A DNA stretch of 64,000 nt from Octopus sinensis (lineage: Eukaryota), in NCBI RefSeq assembly GCF_006345805.1, contig NC_043011.1:6572001-6636000 (forward strand), read 5' to 3'. The translations under genes and the position numbers were made by a program. The notes under the pieces were generated by a model. The model had not been told where the DNA came from. It did no database searches and worked only from the letters and a program-made list of their open reading frames with translations. Positions within the stretch are counted from its first letter, which is position 1, and every line of letters starts with the position of its first letter. Of the stretch, positions 13,087 through 24,455 are shown piece by piece.

Positions 13087-13124
<38 letters not shown>

Positions 13125-13169
13125 TATATTATATATATATATATATATATAAAGTAGCACTGTCAGTTA

Positions 13170-13405
13170 TGATGACGAGGGTTCCAGTTGATCCGATCAA
13201 TGGAACAGCCTATTCATGAAATTAATATGCAAGTGGCTGAGTACTCCATAGACACACATATCCCTTAACACAGTTTCCAGGGAAATTCACTGTGACACAG
13301 AATGTAACAAGTCTGACACCACTGAATTACAGGTACAACTCATTTTCGCTAGGCGAGTGGACAGGAGGAATGTGAAAATAAAGAGTCTTGCTCAAGGACA
13401 CAATC
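13170..13405 (-). mobile_element. tRNA-derived SINE family C (OR1/OR2-like), 5'-truncated
   Basis: Reverse complement of the 27408-27730 body (TTGATCCGATCAA..GAACAGCC, CTTGCTCAAGGACACAA). Confidence 0.75.
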
Positions 13406-13557
13406 TACCTTTGTAAGAAAGCTAGCGAATGTGTATGGCAACAAGGCCAAAAAATAAATGGACAAAAAAAAAAGCCGCAGAACATGGAACACAATTATGA
13501 ATATAAAGCAAATGAGTAACAAGGATGTCCAGGTAATACCTGGACTGGACTTCCTTG

Positions 13558-13778
13558 CTATTTACTCTTACTCTTTTACTCTTTCACTTCTTTCAGTCAT
13601 TTGACTGCGGCCATGCTGGAGCACCGCCTTTAGTCGAGCAACTCGACCCCGGGACTTATTCTTTTTGTAAGCCCAGTACTTATTCTATCAGTCTCTTTTG
13701 CCGAACCGCTAGTGATGGGAACACACCAGCATCGGTTGTCAAGCAATGCTAGGGGGACAAACACAGACACACACACAA

Positions 13779-13835
<57 letters not shown>

Positions 13836-13965
13836 TACGACAGGCTTCTTTCAGTTTCCGTCTACCAAATCCACTCACAAGGCATTGGTCGGCCCGGGGC
13901 TATAGCAGAAGACACTTGCCCAAGATGCCATGCAGTGGGACTGAACCCGGAACCATGTGGTTGGT
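13558..13965 (-). mobile_element. SINE family A, head truncated
   Basis: CTCTTTTACT..TTTCAGTCATTTGACTGCGGCCATGCTGGAGCACCGCC...GGGACTGAACCCGGAACCATGTGGTTGG. Confidence 0.92.
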
Positions 13966-14407
13966 TCTTTTATTCATCTAACTTTGAGCTGCGTGGACAA
14001 TACCAGACTGACTTGGTGCCTCAACTTAAATAGCTAATTCAACTGATTCTACACACACACACACACACACACTAATATGGAAAGAAATGGAGGTTGGTGA
14101 CAGGAAGGGCATTTGACTATAGAAAACTCTGCCCAAGTACTCTTGTTTGACCCTTGCAAGCATGGAAGAATAAACATTACTATGACTGATGATGATGATG
14201 ATATGTACACATGCATTGCCACCATTTAATGTCCACATTCCACTGGGCCCAAGATTTCATTACCTTGCTCAAGTGTCTGCTTCAGCATAGTTTCCATGGC
14301 TTGATGCCCTCGCTAATGTAAATCACTTTACAACATGTACAAGGTGTACTTAGACAAATACACACACATGCATACACATCACTCTCTCTGTCTCACTACA
14401 CACACGC

Positions 14408-14448
<41 letters not shown>

Positions 14449-14784
14449 CATACATACACACACACACATGTATGTATTTGTGTGTGTATGTACATATATA
14501 TGTATGTGAGAAATGTTGATAAAGAAAATAGTCTTTGTGTGTATATCTGATTTATATCTCTATTGATTAGAAACTAAACACTCCACCCCAGCCAACACCC
14601 TCATACCCACCACTGTACTTTTGGGCATGGTGCCAGAGTATTTAGTAATTCTTGCCATCCTGACAAGAACTAGAGGCTCTTCCAACATATTTGGCAATTA
14701 ATTGAAAGGAGCTATTTGCATAATCATAATTCTGTAGCACTAGCATCGTTGTTGTTGTTGTTGTTGCTTTTGGAGAGAGAGAGA

Positions 14785-14822
<38 letters not shown>

Positions 14823-15809
14823 AGCTGGAATTGTCATCTTGAACACAAGATGGGAGGTGGATGGTGGTATTTAGGAAACAATCACACACACTAAATATTT
14901 TTCTGTGTCACATATGAGGTTTTGGATCTCTCTCTCTCTCTTCATATATATATATATCAACATATCCACATAATTATAGTATATATATATATATATAACA
15001 GTATACCAGTGTGGTTATATGTAATTATATATGCGTATACTGAGTATAATTTTGTCCTTGTGTAGGTATATATGTACATACAGATGTATGTTTATATGTG
15101 TATAGTTGCAGAAATAAAATCAAGTGTATGTGTACACACACACACACACACACACACACATGCAATTTAGTTTCACTTTCACATTGAAGTGCCTTGAAGA
15201 TTCATAGATGACAAGATAACCTCTTCCTCTTCCCTCCCTTACTTTCAGCCCTACACCTCCCCTCCCCACTCTCTCAATCAGCATCCCTTCTCTCCTGCTG
15301 TTTAATTCTCCATCTCTCTCTCTCTTCTCTCCCCCTCTTCCCTATTTACTCAAATAAACAAAATTCTTCTTCATCTTCTTCTTCTTCCTCCTCCTTGTTA
15401 CAATCTGCTGCAAATATTACGTTTATTTTTGTGGTAGAAAATTTGAGCCTTCTTCACCGCCGCTGTCGGAGTATAAGCACAAACGCCACCGTCAACCCCA
15501 CCATCATAACAATAACAATATTCTCACCACCGCCACCACTAACCACTACAATAATGCTACCACCAACACCATTCTCACTACAACACTGCTACCACCAACA
15601 CCATCACGAATAAGAAAAGACAATGACAGAAAACATATTCATACACACACACACACACAGAGGCATATGTGGACACACACAATATTCACATACAGACATA
15701 TTTATAGATATACACTACACAACCAGCTCACACACACATATCTATATATATATATATATATATGTACAAATGCATACATAACTATATATACATATATCTA
15801 TATATATAC

Positions 15810-16090
15810 ATCCTCGACTGGCTTCTGTGTCGGTGGCACATAAAAAGCAGCATCTGAACGTGGCCGATGCTGGTGGCACGTTAAAAGCACCAACCGATGG
15901 TGGCCGATGCCAGACTCCCCTGGCACGTAAAAAGCACCCACTACACTCGCGGAGTGGTTGGCGTTAGGAAGGGTATCCAGCTGTAGAAACACTGCCAGAT
16001 CAGACTGGAGCCTGGTGCAGCCTCCTGGGTTCCCAGACCCCAGTTGAACCGTCCAACCCGTGCTAGCGCGGAAAATGGACGTTAAACGAA
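15810..16090 (+). mobile_element. RTE LINE 3' end / RTE-tailed SINE
   Basis: GTTGGCGTTAGGAAGGGTATCCAGC...CAACCCGTGCTAGCGCGGAAAATGGACGTTAAACG. Confidence 0.8.
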
Positions 16091-16519
16091 CGATACATAT
16101 CTGTATACATACAAATGTAACTTATTTACATGCTTAACTATTCACATACATAAAGACCTGTAATCACACACAAATGGATATACTCACATAATGCATACAC
16201 GCACACAAATATATATTTACACGCATAAATATACACATAAAGACCTGCTACTACACACATTTACATACACACGCACACACACAAATATAGGTAATATGTG
16301 TTTTGGAGGAAATTATTTCATTATTAGGTGTAAAATCAATGTGTTGGGCGAGGGTGAGGGGTTAGGTGTGACTAGGGGGTGAGGCAGAGGGCTGGGGTAG
16401 TAGTGAAGAAGAGGTAGTGGGAGAGGGTGGGTAAAGTGTTACACAAATTACATCACAAAGAGGACAGAGGGAAGGAGGGAGGTAGAGAGAGGGATATGTG
16501 TATATATATATAACGGGAA

Positions 16520-16650
16520 GCTTTATGAAAATAAACAAAAGACGAAGGCAGGTGGAAAACAAACGAACAATTGTATTAGTATGGCGCTCAGGAAATATAA
16601 ATAAAACAAGTCTTTAACGTTTTGAGCCTACGCTCTTCAACAGAAAGATA
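16520..16650 (-). mobile_element. Penelope-like terminal fragment with atypical hammerhead-like motif
   Basis: Minus strand CTTT-CTGTTGA-A-GAGC-GTAG-GCTC-AAAACGTT-AAAG; homologous to 24175-24370. Confidence 0.45.
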
Positions 16651-16668
16651 CATATATATATATAATTA

Positions 16669-17455
16669 TAGGTGCAGGAGTGGCTGTGAGGTAAGAAGCT
16701 TGCTTACGAACCACATGGTTCCGGGTTCAGTCCCACTGCATGGCACCTTGAGCAAGTGTCTTCCAATATAGCCTCGGGCCAACCAAAGCCTTGTGAGTGG
16801 ATTTGGTAGACGGAAACTGAAAGAAGCCCATTGTGTGTGTGTGTGTACCTATATACATATATATATATATGTTTGTGTGTTTGTCCCCCACACCATCGCT
16901 TGACAACCCTAACATAGTGGTTTGGCAAAAGAGACGAACAGAATAAGTACAAGGTAATATAAAGAGTAAGTCCGGGGGTCGATTTCTTTGACTAAAAGGC
17001 AGTGCTCCAGCATGGTCACAGTCAAAATGACTGAAACAAGTAAAAGATAGGAGTGGCTGTGTGGCAAGTAGCTTGCTAACCAACCACATGGTTCTGGGTT
17101 CAATCCCACTGCGTGGCATATTGGGCAAGTGTCTTCTGCTATAGCCCCGGGCCGACCAATGCCTTGTGAGTGGATTTGGTAGACGGAAACTGAAAGAAGC
17201 CTGTCGTATGTATGTATATATGTGTATATATGTGTATGTGTGTGTGTGTTTGTCCCCCTAGCATTGCTTGACAACCGATGCTGGTGTGTTTACATCCCCG
17301 TCACTTAGCGGTTCGGCAAAAGAGACCAATAGAATAAGTACTGGGCTTACAAAGAATAAGTCCCAGGGTCGATTTGCTCGACTAAAGGCAGTGCTCCAGC
17401 ATGGCCGCAGTCAAATGACTGAAACAAGTAAAAGAGTAAAAAGAGAGTAAAGAGT
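16669..17455 (+). mobile_element. Two tandem SINE family A copies (16669-17048, 17049-17455)
   Basis: The second head follows directly after the first tail (GTAAAAGA|TAGGAGTGGCTG). Confidence 0.92.
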
Positions 17456-18239
17456 ATATACATAGAGAGAGGGGGGGAGAGAACAACATGAAGATTTAGC
17501 AAACAATAGAGGGCAATGTTGATTTGGACAATAGAAAAGCTTTCTCCCTCCCTCCCCCTCTCCTTTTCTCTCCCTCTCCCTTTCACACACACACACACAC
17601 ACAGAGGTGTAGGGGTGGCTGTGTCCCAAAGCACATGGTTCTGGACTCAGTGCTACTGCTTATCTGCTGGAGCAAGTGTCTTCCACTACAGCCGTGGGCT
17701 AATCAAAGCTTTGTGATGAGATGGAAACTGAAAGAAGCTTCTTGTATACATGTGTGAGTGCAAAAACTGGTATTGGCTTATTCATGTCCCTGCAACTTAG
17801 TAGTTCAGCAAAGAGAGATTGATAGAATAAGTATAAGGCTTAGAATATGTTCAACTAAGTCCTTCTAGGTGGAACTCCAGCATGGCCAAAGATTAATAAC
17901 AAACAAGAAAAAAAGAAAAGACAAACGATATAAATATGTGAAAGTGAGTGGCCAAGTGGTCAGGTGTGTTGCGCTCATTATAGTGGGATTGTGGTTTCAC
18001 TTCCCATCCTGGCTGTGTGCTTCGTGGTCTTGAGCAAAACACTGCATTTCTCATCGCTCCAGTCCACTCAGCTGTAAATGGGTGACCACCCTGCGATGGA
18101 TGGGCCTTCCGATCGGGGGGAACGTTGGACTGCTCACCCAGCCCGCAGGGTGGCATTGTTCAAAGGCTAAAATGATGCAAAAGCGCATTGTGACCAGTGA
18201 TGTATAACAGCCAATATTCTGTTTGATACTGCGAGATAT

Positions 18240-18545
18240 ATCATCATCATCATCATCATTTAACATCTGTTTTTCCATGCTGGCATGGGTTGGACGGTTT
18301 GACCAGGGCTGGCCAGCTGGGAGGCTGCACCGGACTCTAGTCTGATTTGGCATGGTTTTCTATGGCTGGATGCCCTTCCTAATGGGTGCTTTTACGTGCC
18401 ACCAGCATGGGTGCCATATGCGTGACACCACTATCTGCCATGACTGTGATTTTGCTTGATTTGATGAGTCTTCTTAATGCCAAAGGTGTCGGTCATTGCC
18501 TCTGTGAGACCCGACGCTCGAAGGGAACTCGGCCACTTTGCCTCC
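18240..18545 (-). mobile_element. RTE LINE 3' end including ORF C-terminus
   Basis: (CAT)n tail; minus strand includes GGTCTCACAGAGGCAATGACC (GLTEAMT). Confidence 0.8.
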
Positions 18546-18867
18546 TTACACACACACACACACACACATTAAATATCATGATTTTAGTGTCTGCTTTCCC
18601 ATGTCTGCTTGAGGCAGGCTTTCTACGGCTGGATGCTCTTCCTGTCACTAACCCTGATCTGTTTGAAAGCAACATAATATTTGTTCATGGCTGGATTTGT
18701 TTTTATAGAAGATTATGAATTTAGACAGGGAGGTGGGGGAGTCGATTACATTGACCCCAGTATTTGACTGGTACTTTATTTTATCAATACTAAAGGACGA
18801 AAGTCAACAATGACAATAACGATGATGATGATGATGATGATGATGATAATAATAATAATAATAATTA

Positions 18868-19265
18868 TAGGCACAGGAGTGGCTGTGTGGTAAGTAGCTT
18901 GCTAACCAACCACATGGTTCCGGGTTCAGTCCCACTGCATGGCACCTTGGGCAAGTGTCTTCTGCTATAGCCCCGGGCCAACCAATGCCTTGTGAGTGGA
19001 TTTGGTAGACGGAAACTGAGAGAAGCCTGTTGTATATATGTATATATATATATGCGTGTCTGTGTTTGTGTATCTGTGTTTGTCTCCCTAGCATTGCTTG
19101 ACAACCGATGCTGGTGTGTTTACGTCCCTGTCACTTAGCGGTTCAGCAAAAGAAACTGATAGAATAAGTACTGGGCTTACAAAAGAATAAGTCCCGGGAT
19201 CGAGTTGCTCGATTAAAGGCGGTGCTCCAGCATGGCCGCAGTCAAATGACTGAAACAAGTAAAAA
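18868..19265 (+). mobile_element. SINE family A, full length
   Basis: TAGGCACAGGAGTGG...GACTGAAACAAGTAAAA; follows a (GAT)n(AAT)n tract. Confidence 0.93.
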
Positions 19266-20224
19266 AAAAAAAGAGAACCATCTCACTTGTTAACTATTCT
19301 TTACCCATTAATATTCCCCTCCTTGGACCACCAAATTACCTCTCCTCATGCATTACTCCTGTTTTGTCTCTCTGCCAACTCCAACTCCTCATCAGTCTGT
19401 CTCTCTTTTCTTCTCCTTTCAAAAGGTAGTCATTACTACCACACTGCTAGGGTCCCTGTGGCTTCCCCAACTCATGCATCTCCTTCCCTCAATCCTCACA
19501 GATGTTACCCACATCCTTTACCCACTTCTCCCATATCTCCTCCCACTACTACTTCTCTTATCTGAGGTTCACTTGGACACTTCATCACCACTGTCTATCT
19601 CCTTGCAGACGCTTCTAATCCATTCTCTCTCTCCCTTAAAATTGAGTCGCCATGTGGCTCCTCTGCAACAGGACCCTGCTCCACCCCAACTTCTTCCCTC
19701 GTACCTTACATACAGAGGCAAAATCCTCCCGCATAGGCTTTTGTTGGCTTGCAGGTGACAGGGTGACCTAGTAGTGCTGGTGGCATGGAAAAATAAGGCA
19801 CCCAGTACGTAATGTAAAGGGGTTGGCATTAGGAAGGGCATCCAGCTGCAGAAACCGTGCCAGACCAGATACTGGAGCATGATGCTGTCCTCGGACTCGT
19901 CTGATCCTTGTCAAACTGTCCAAGTCACGACAGCATGGAACATAGACAGCGGGGTGAACATAAAAACAGATAGAATACTATCAGGCATTTTGCCGCCTTT
20001 GTAATAATGATAATTTTGGGGAGGGGTAAGTTGATTACATCAACCTCAATGTATCACTGGTACTTATTTTGTTGACCCCTGAAAGGATGGAAAGCAAAGT
20101 GAACATTGGTGGAATTCGAACTCAACATCTATAGGCATGAAATGCTACTAAGCATTTTACCCAGCATGCTAACGCTTCTGCCAGCTTGCTGCCTTAATAG
20201 TAGTAGTAGTAATAGTTTTTTTTA

Positions 20225-20587
20225 AGACTCCGTTGGTCATGAATGACTATGGGTGCACCTAAGAAGTTCCCCTCTGGGGTACAATTCGGGGTGGAAAGTC
20301 GCCTCACCAATGAACACACAACCTAGGGTTGTTTTTATGGAAGACCATCAGTCACCCATGCATCCCAGCCTCCCCTCTCCATGCCACCGATATTATCCAA
20401 GGGAAAGGCAAAGGGGCCGATACAGCTTGGCACCTGTGACGTCGTGACTCATTTCTAGAGCTGAGTGAACTGGAGCAACGTGAAATAAAGTGACTTGCTC
20501 AAGAACACAATACACAGCCTGGTCCGGGAATCGAACTCACTACCTCATGTTTGTGAGCTCGATGCTCTAACCACTGAGCCATGCACC
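20225..20587 (-). mobile_element. tRNA-derived SINE family C variant
   Basis: Minus-strand head GTGAAGGTGCATGGCTCAGTGGTTAGAG, B box GAGTTCGATTCCC, TGTTCTTGAGCAAG core. Confidence 0.8.
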
Positions 20588-20839
20588 TTCACATATAGTA
20601 ATAATGAGATGGGAACATCAGCAACCAATGTTTTGTTTACTAAAAAAAAAAAAGAAACAAAAAAATGCTTGCTCTGAAATGAAAACGACATTTCTTAAAG
20701 GGACAGATTGTTGTTCATGATGTTGTTGTTGTTGATGGAAAATTCCTGGACCCCCAGGAACTGCATTGCTTTGCATTATATTCGGAATTACTGATGACAT
20801 CTGGCACATTTATCTAAATAAACCCCGTTATCAGAGATA

Positions 20840-20878
<39 letters not shown>

Positions 20879-20941
20879 GAAAGAGCATTTCGATAGACGC
20901 ACATGGATCTATTGGTATGGTCTTTCCATCGTTAACAGGAA

Positions 20942-21014
20942 TCTTACTGAAGAGCCAGCCTGAGTAAATAAATACTATTTTTATTACTGAATTTGGCGAA
21001 ACTGCAGTATAAGA
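20942..21014 (+). ncRNA. Type I hammerhead ribozyme fold with canonical core, predicted cleavage GUA after 21009
   Basis: Stem I TCTTA/TAAGA; CTGAAGA (20947-20953); stem II GCCA...TGGC with AT-rich extension; GAAA (20998-21001); helix III AC-TGCA-GT (palindrome ACTGCAGT); A at position 17. Confidence 0.82.
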
Positions 21015-21204
21015 AAAGTTAAGTTTGTAAAAGTTTTTAATTCTCATCTCACTAAATTTATCCAGCTATTGTGTATCTAGTACACTCTTCGCCTTGAATG
21101 TAATGATATATGTATAATATATGGCGTGTACTGGTACACCGGCGATTATAATTAATTTTATTGTATCGCATTTATCTTTGTTTATATATATATATATATA
21201 TACT

Positions 21205-21570
21205 TTTATTTTTTTGTTTCAGTCTTTTGACTGTGGCCATGCTGGAGCACCGCCTTTTAGTCAAACAAATCGACCCAGGACATATTCTTTGTAAGCCCAG
21301 TACTATCAGTCTCTTTTGCCGAACCGCTAAGTTACAAGAATGTAAACACACCAGCATAGGATGCCAAGCAATGTTGGGGGGGCCAAACAAAAACACACAC
21401 ACACACATATATATATATACGACGGGCTTCTTTCAGTTTCGTCTACCAAACCCACTTACAAGGCTTTGGTTGGCCCGAGGCTATAGTAGAAGAAACTTGC
21501 CCAAGGTGCCATGCAGTGGGACTGAACCCGGAACCATGTGGGTGGCAAGCAAGCTACTTACCACACAACC
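21205..21570 (-). mobile_element. SINE family A
   Basis: Reverse-complement match to 6300-6710. Confidence 0.88.
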
Positions 21571-21599
21571 ACTTATGTGTGTGTGTATATATATCTGTA

Positions 21600-21726
<127 letters not shown>

Positions 21727-23337
21727 TACATACAGACACAAATGGTCAAATGGACCCTTCCTGATAACAACCCACTGATAATATTAATTAAATAAAGTGT
21801 TTAGGACTCACCAATTCTGATAACATTATATGTGACTATAACTAACTTTACTCGTGTGTGTGTGTGTGTGTATTTTCATACACATAATATTCTTATATAC
21901 ATAACAAGCGCACAATTCTCCACACAATTCTTTTGTGAGTGTTTATTGATCATTTTGGTGTTTGATATAAAAAACATTATGTAATGTCTAACAACAGTTT
22001 ACAACATGAATGTGTGTGTGTGTGTGTATCCACATGTATAATATTATGTTCTATGGATATTCATCCACATGTGTATAAACGCTTTCATGCAATAATTCTA
22101 GAAAAATATCATGGCAAAAAGACAATGGAAAATGCAGAGGAAAGAAGAGGAAGAATGTAAATATTGAATCTAAAAATAAGAAAGAAGATGGAGAGAGAAG
22201 AGAAAGGAAGACGAGGCGAAACAGTTCCACAAATTTAGATAGTAAAACTAATGGGTCTTTTAATGTTCGTTAAAACTGGAAGAAATTAGAGAGAGAGAGA
22301 GAAGAGAAAGCAGGAGAGAAAGTATGTGACAGAGTGCATGAATGAGAGGGGGGAGAGAAGAGAGATTAATTGTGTTTAATGAATTGTAATTAGAGAAAAT
22401 TGTGGAGGCACACGACATGTCGATTGGTTGCAAAAGGCATTTGACTGTCATCTTCAAACGATGCAAACTTTGATAGAGTGTGGGGGTGGGGGTGGTGAAG
22501 AGTAGTGGGGTGGAGAGAGTAGAAGCTGGACAAAGTGTGTGTGTGTGTGTGGTTGGTTTGGTTTGGTGCAAAATCTTCTTTGGAAAAAATCATTAAAAGA
22601 CAACCAAGATTTCCAGTTAACAAATGTTTTAATCTCTCTCTCCATAAACCAAAAACCTGCTGCCATTCTTGTCGCTGACATCTGGAATATTGTCAGCCAC
22701 TCCCAGAAGTCAATCATCGGAATGTCCAACATTAACGTTTTACCAAGAATTATTGATGGGGGAGAGCGATTAATGGTCTTTGTGGAAACTTGACAATAAC
22801 CAGCTGACTGGTTTGTTCCAGAACACTTTCAGCCTTGGGACTCTCTTTTAGCTTCTATTTGAATCAGATATTACACCATGGCCATGCTGGGGCATGCCTT
22901 AAAGATTTTGATTGAATGAATTGACCCTAGTACTTTTTTTTTTTTTAATCCGGTACTTATTCTATTGGTCGCTTTTGCTGAACTGCTAAGTTACAGGGAC
23001 AGAAACAAACCAACACCAGTTCTCAAGCCATGGTGTGGGATAAACGTAAGACACACACAGCCTAGTGGTAGGTTTGTTGCACGCATGATTGAAGGATTGG
23101 GGTTTCAATTCCTAGACCGGATGGTGTGTTGTGTTCTTGAGCAAAACACTTCATATCACGTTGCTCTGCGATACCTGATGCGTGGCACACGGTGCACCTA
23201 TTCAGACAACTTCGATTTGATGGAGAGAGCAAGCTAATGTGTGGCGCAAAGATTTGATTGCTGTAAACAAATCATTTCTGTAGGTTATTTGGCAAAAGCT
23301 AAGCACTCATACATTGTCTTTGACGGAAGAGTCCATC

Positions 23338-23401
<64 letters not shown>

Positions 23402-24174
23402 AAATATATATATATAAATAAGTGATAGATTTTTCTCCAAAATGAATAAATATTAGATTTATAATTTCTCCTTTAATCCAACGTATCAAAATATTCAAAA
23501 TCTACCAGCTAAGTATAAAGTTGATGTATATAAGTATAAAAGAGTCTGTATTTTCTATAAGTGGTCACTGTGACCATTTGACATTGACCTAGTTTTCCTA
23601 ATACAAAATCTGTTTGCCAAATAGTAGTAAACAGCTTCTATAGCATTACAACCTCCTTTCTACCTTAATTTCTTTATATAGAACTTTGACATGTATTTCA
23701 CCCCTATTTCTATAAATAGAAAATCTTTCTTGTCTCCTTTCAATTGATCATTCTTCCCAAACCTTCTAGCAGTTCAAAATAACTTAATGAATATTCTTCA
23801 GTCAGTTGATAAACTCTACTACCTTAATGTTCTTAAAATTTAAATCGACATCTTTGTCTATATATCTACCTTCTCTATAATGTTATCAATTGATATGAAA
23901 ATTATGTATTAATGGAAAACCTCTATTAATGGCTGATGATTGCTCAACATTTTAAAACTGTTGTAATACTTACAACATTTAATAAAATGATGTAGCATGA
24001 AACAATCGTACTAAATTACCAAAGTTATTCTTGTTGCTTATTTTGATTATAATCACCCCATGGATTTATATGGATAACACCATACAAAATTCTGGTGCAT
24101 CTAACTTAAGTACCATATTCATTTGAATCTAAATTTTGCTGAACTTATATATAAATATATACATATATATGAAT

Positions 24175-24370
24175 ATATAGGGAAAATTCACAAAAGAACA
24201 AAAGACAAAGACAGGTGGTGTAGACAACAAACAGAAGTATTGATTTAACGCTCGGGAAGTGAAAAACTTTTTAATATTTCGAGCCTATGCTCTTCCACAG
24301 AAAGGAACACAGAAAGAAACAAGGATAGAAAATAAAGAATGTGTAGTGGCTAGCGATCTATCAAGGTGAA
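24175..24370 (-). mobile_element. Penelope-like terminal fragment with atypical hammerhead-like motif
   Basis: Minus strand CCTTT-CTGTGGA-A-GAGC-ATAG-GCTC-GAAATATT-AAAA; same family as 16520-16650. Confidence 0.5.
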
Positions 24371-24407
24371 TGCTGGACAGAAGGGTGTGTATATATATAA
24401 ATATATG

Positions 24408-24455
<48 letters not shown>

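Noticed and set aside
15395-15640. Protein-like frame RKFEPSSPPLSEYKHKRHRQPHHHNNNN after a possible acceptor at 15437
   Set aside because: Built largely from CAC/AAC trinucleotide repeats, runs into (CA)n with no donor, and has no recognisable homology.
20618-20809. Minus-strand poly-Q ORF MSSVIPNIMQSNAVPGGPGIFHQQQQ; similar islands at 3420-3560, 25770-25910, 33250-33450 and 40170-40440
   Set aside because: Short, trinucleotide-repeat-driven, without a consistent acceptor/donor/phase set.
22454-22830. Long open minus-strand frame (...IDFWEWLTIFQMSATRMAAGFWF...)
   Set aside because: No credible splice sites or recognisable motif; an exon or decayed TE cannot be excluded without BLAST.
23500-24140. 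Possible decayed Penelope GIY-YIG/RT on the minus strand
   Set aside because: Many stops in all frames and only a vague motif resemblance; needs a profile-HMM search.
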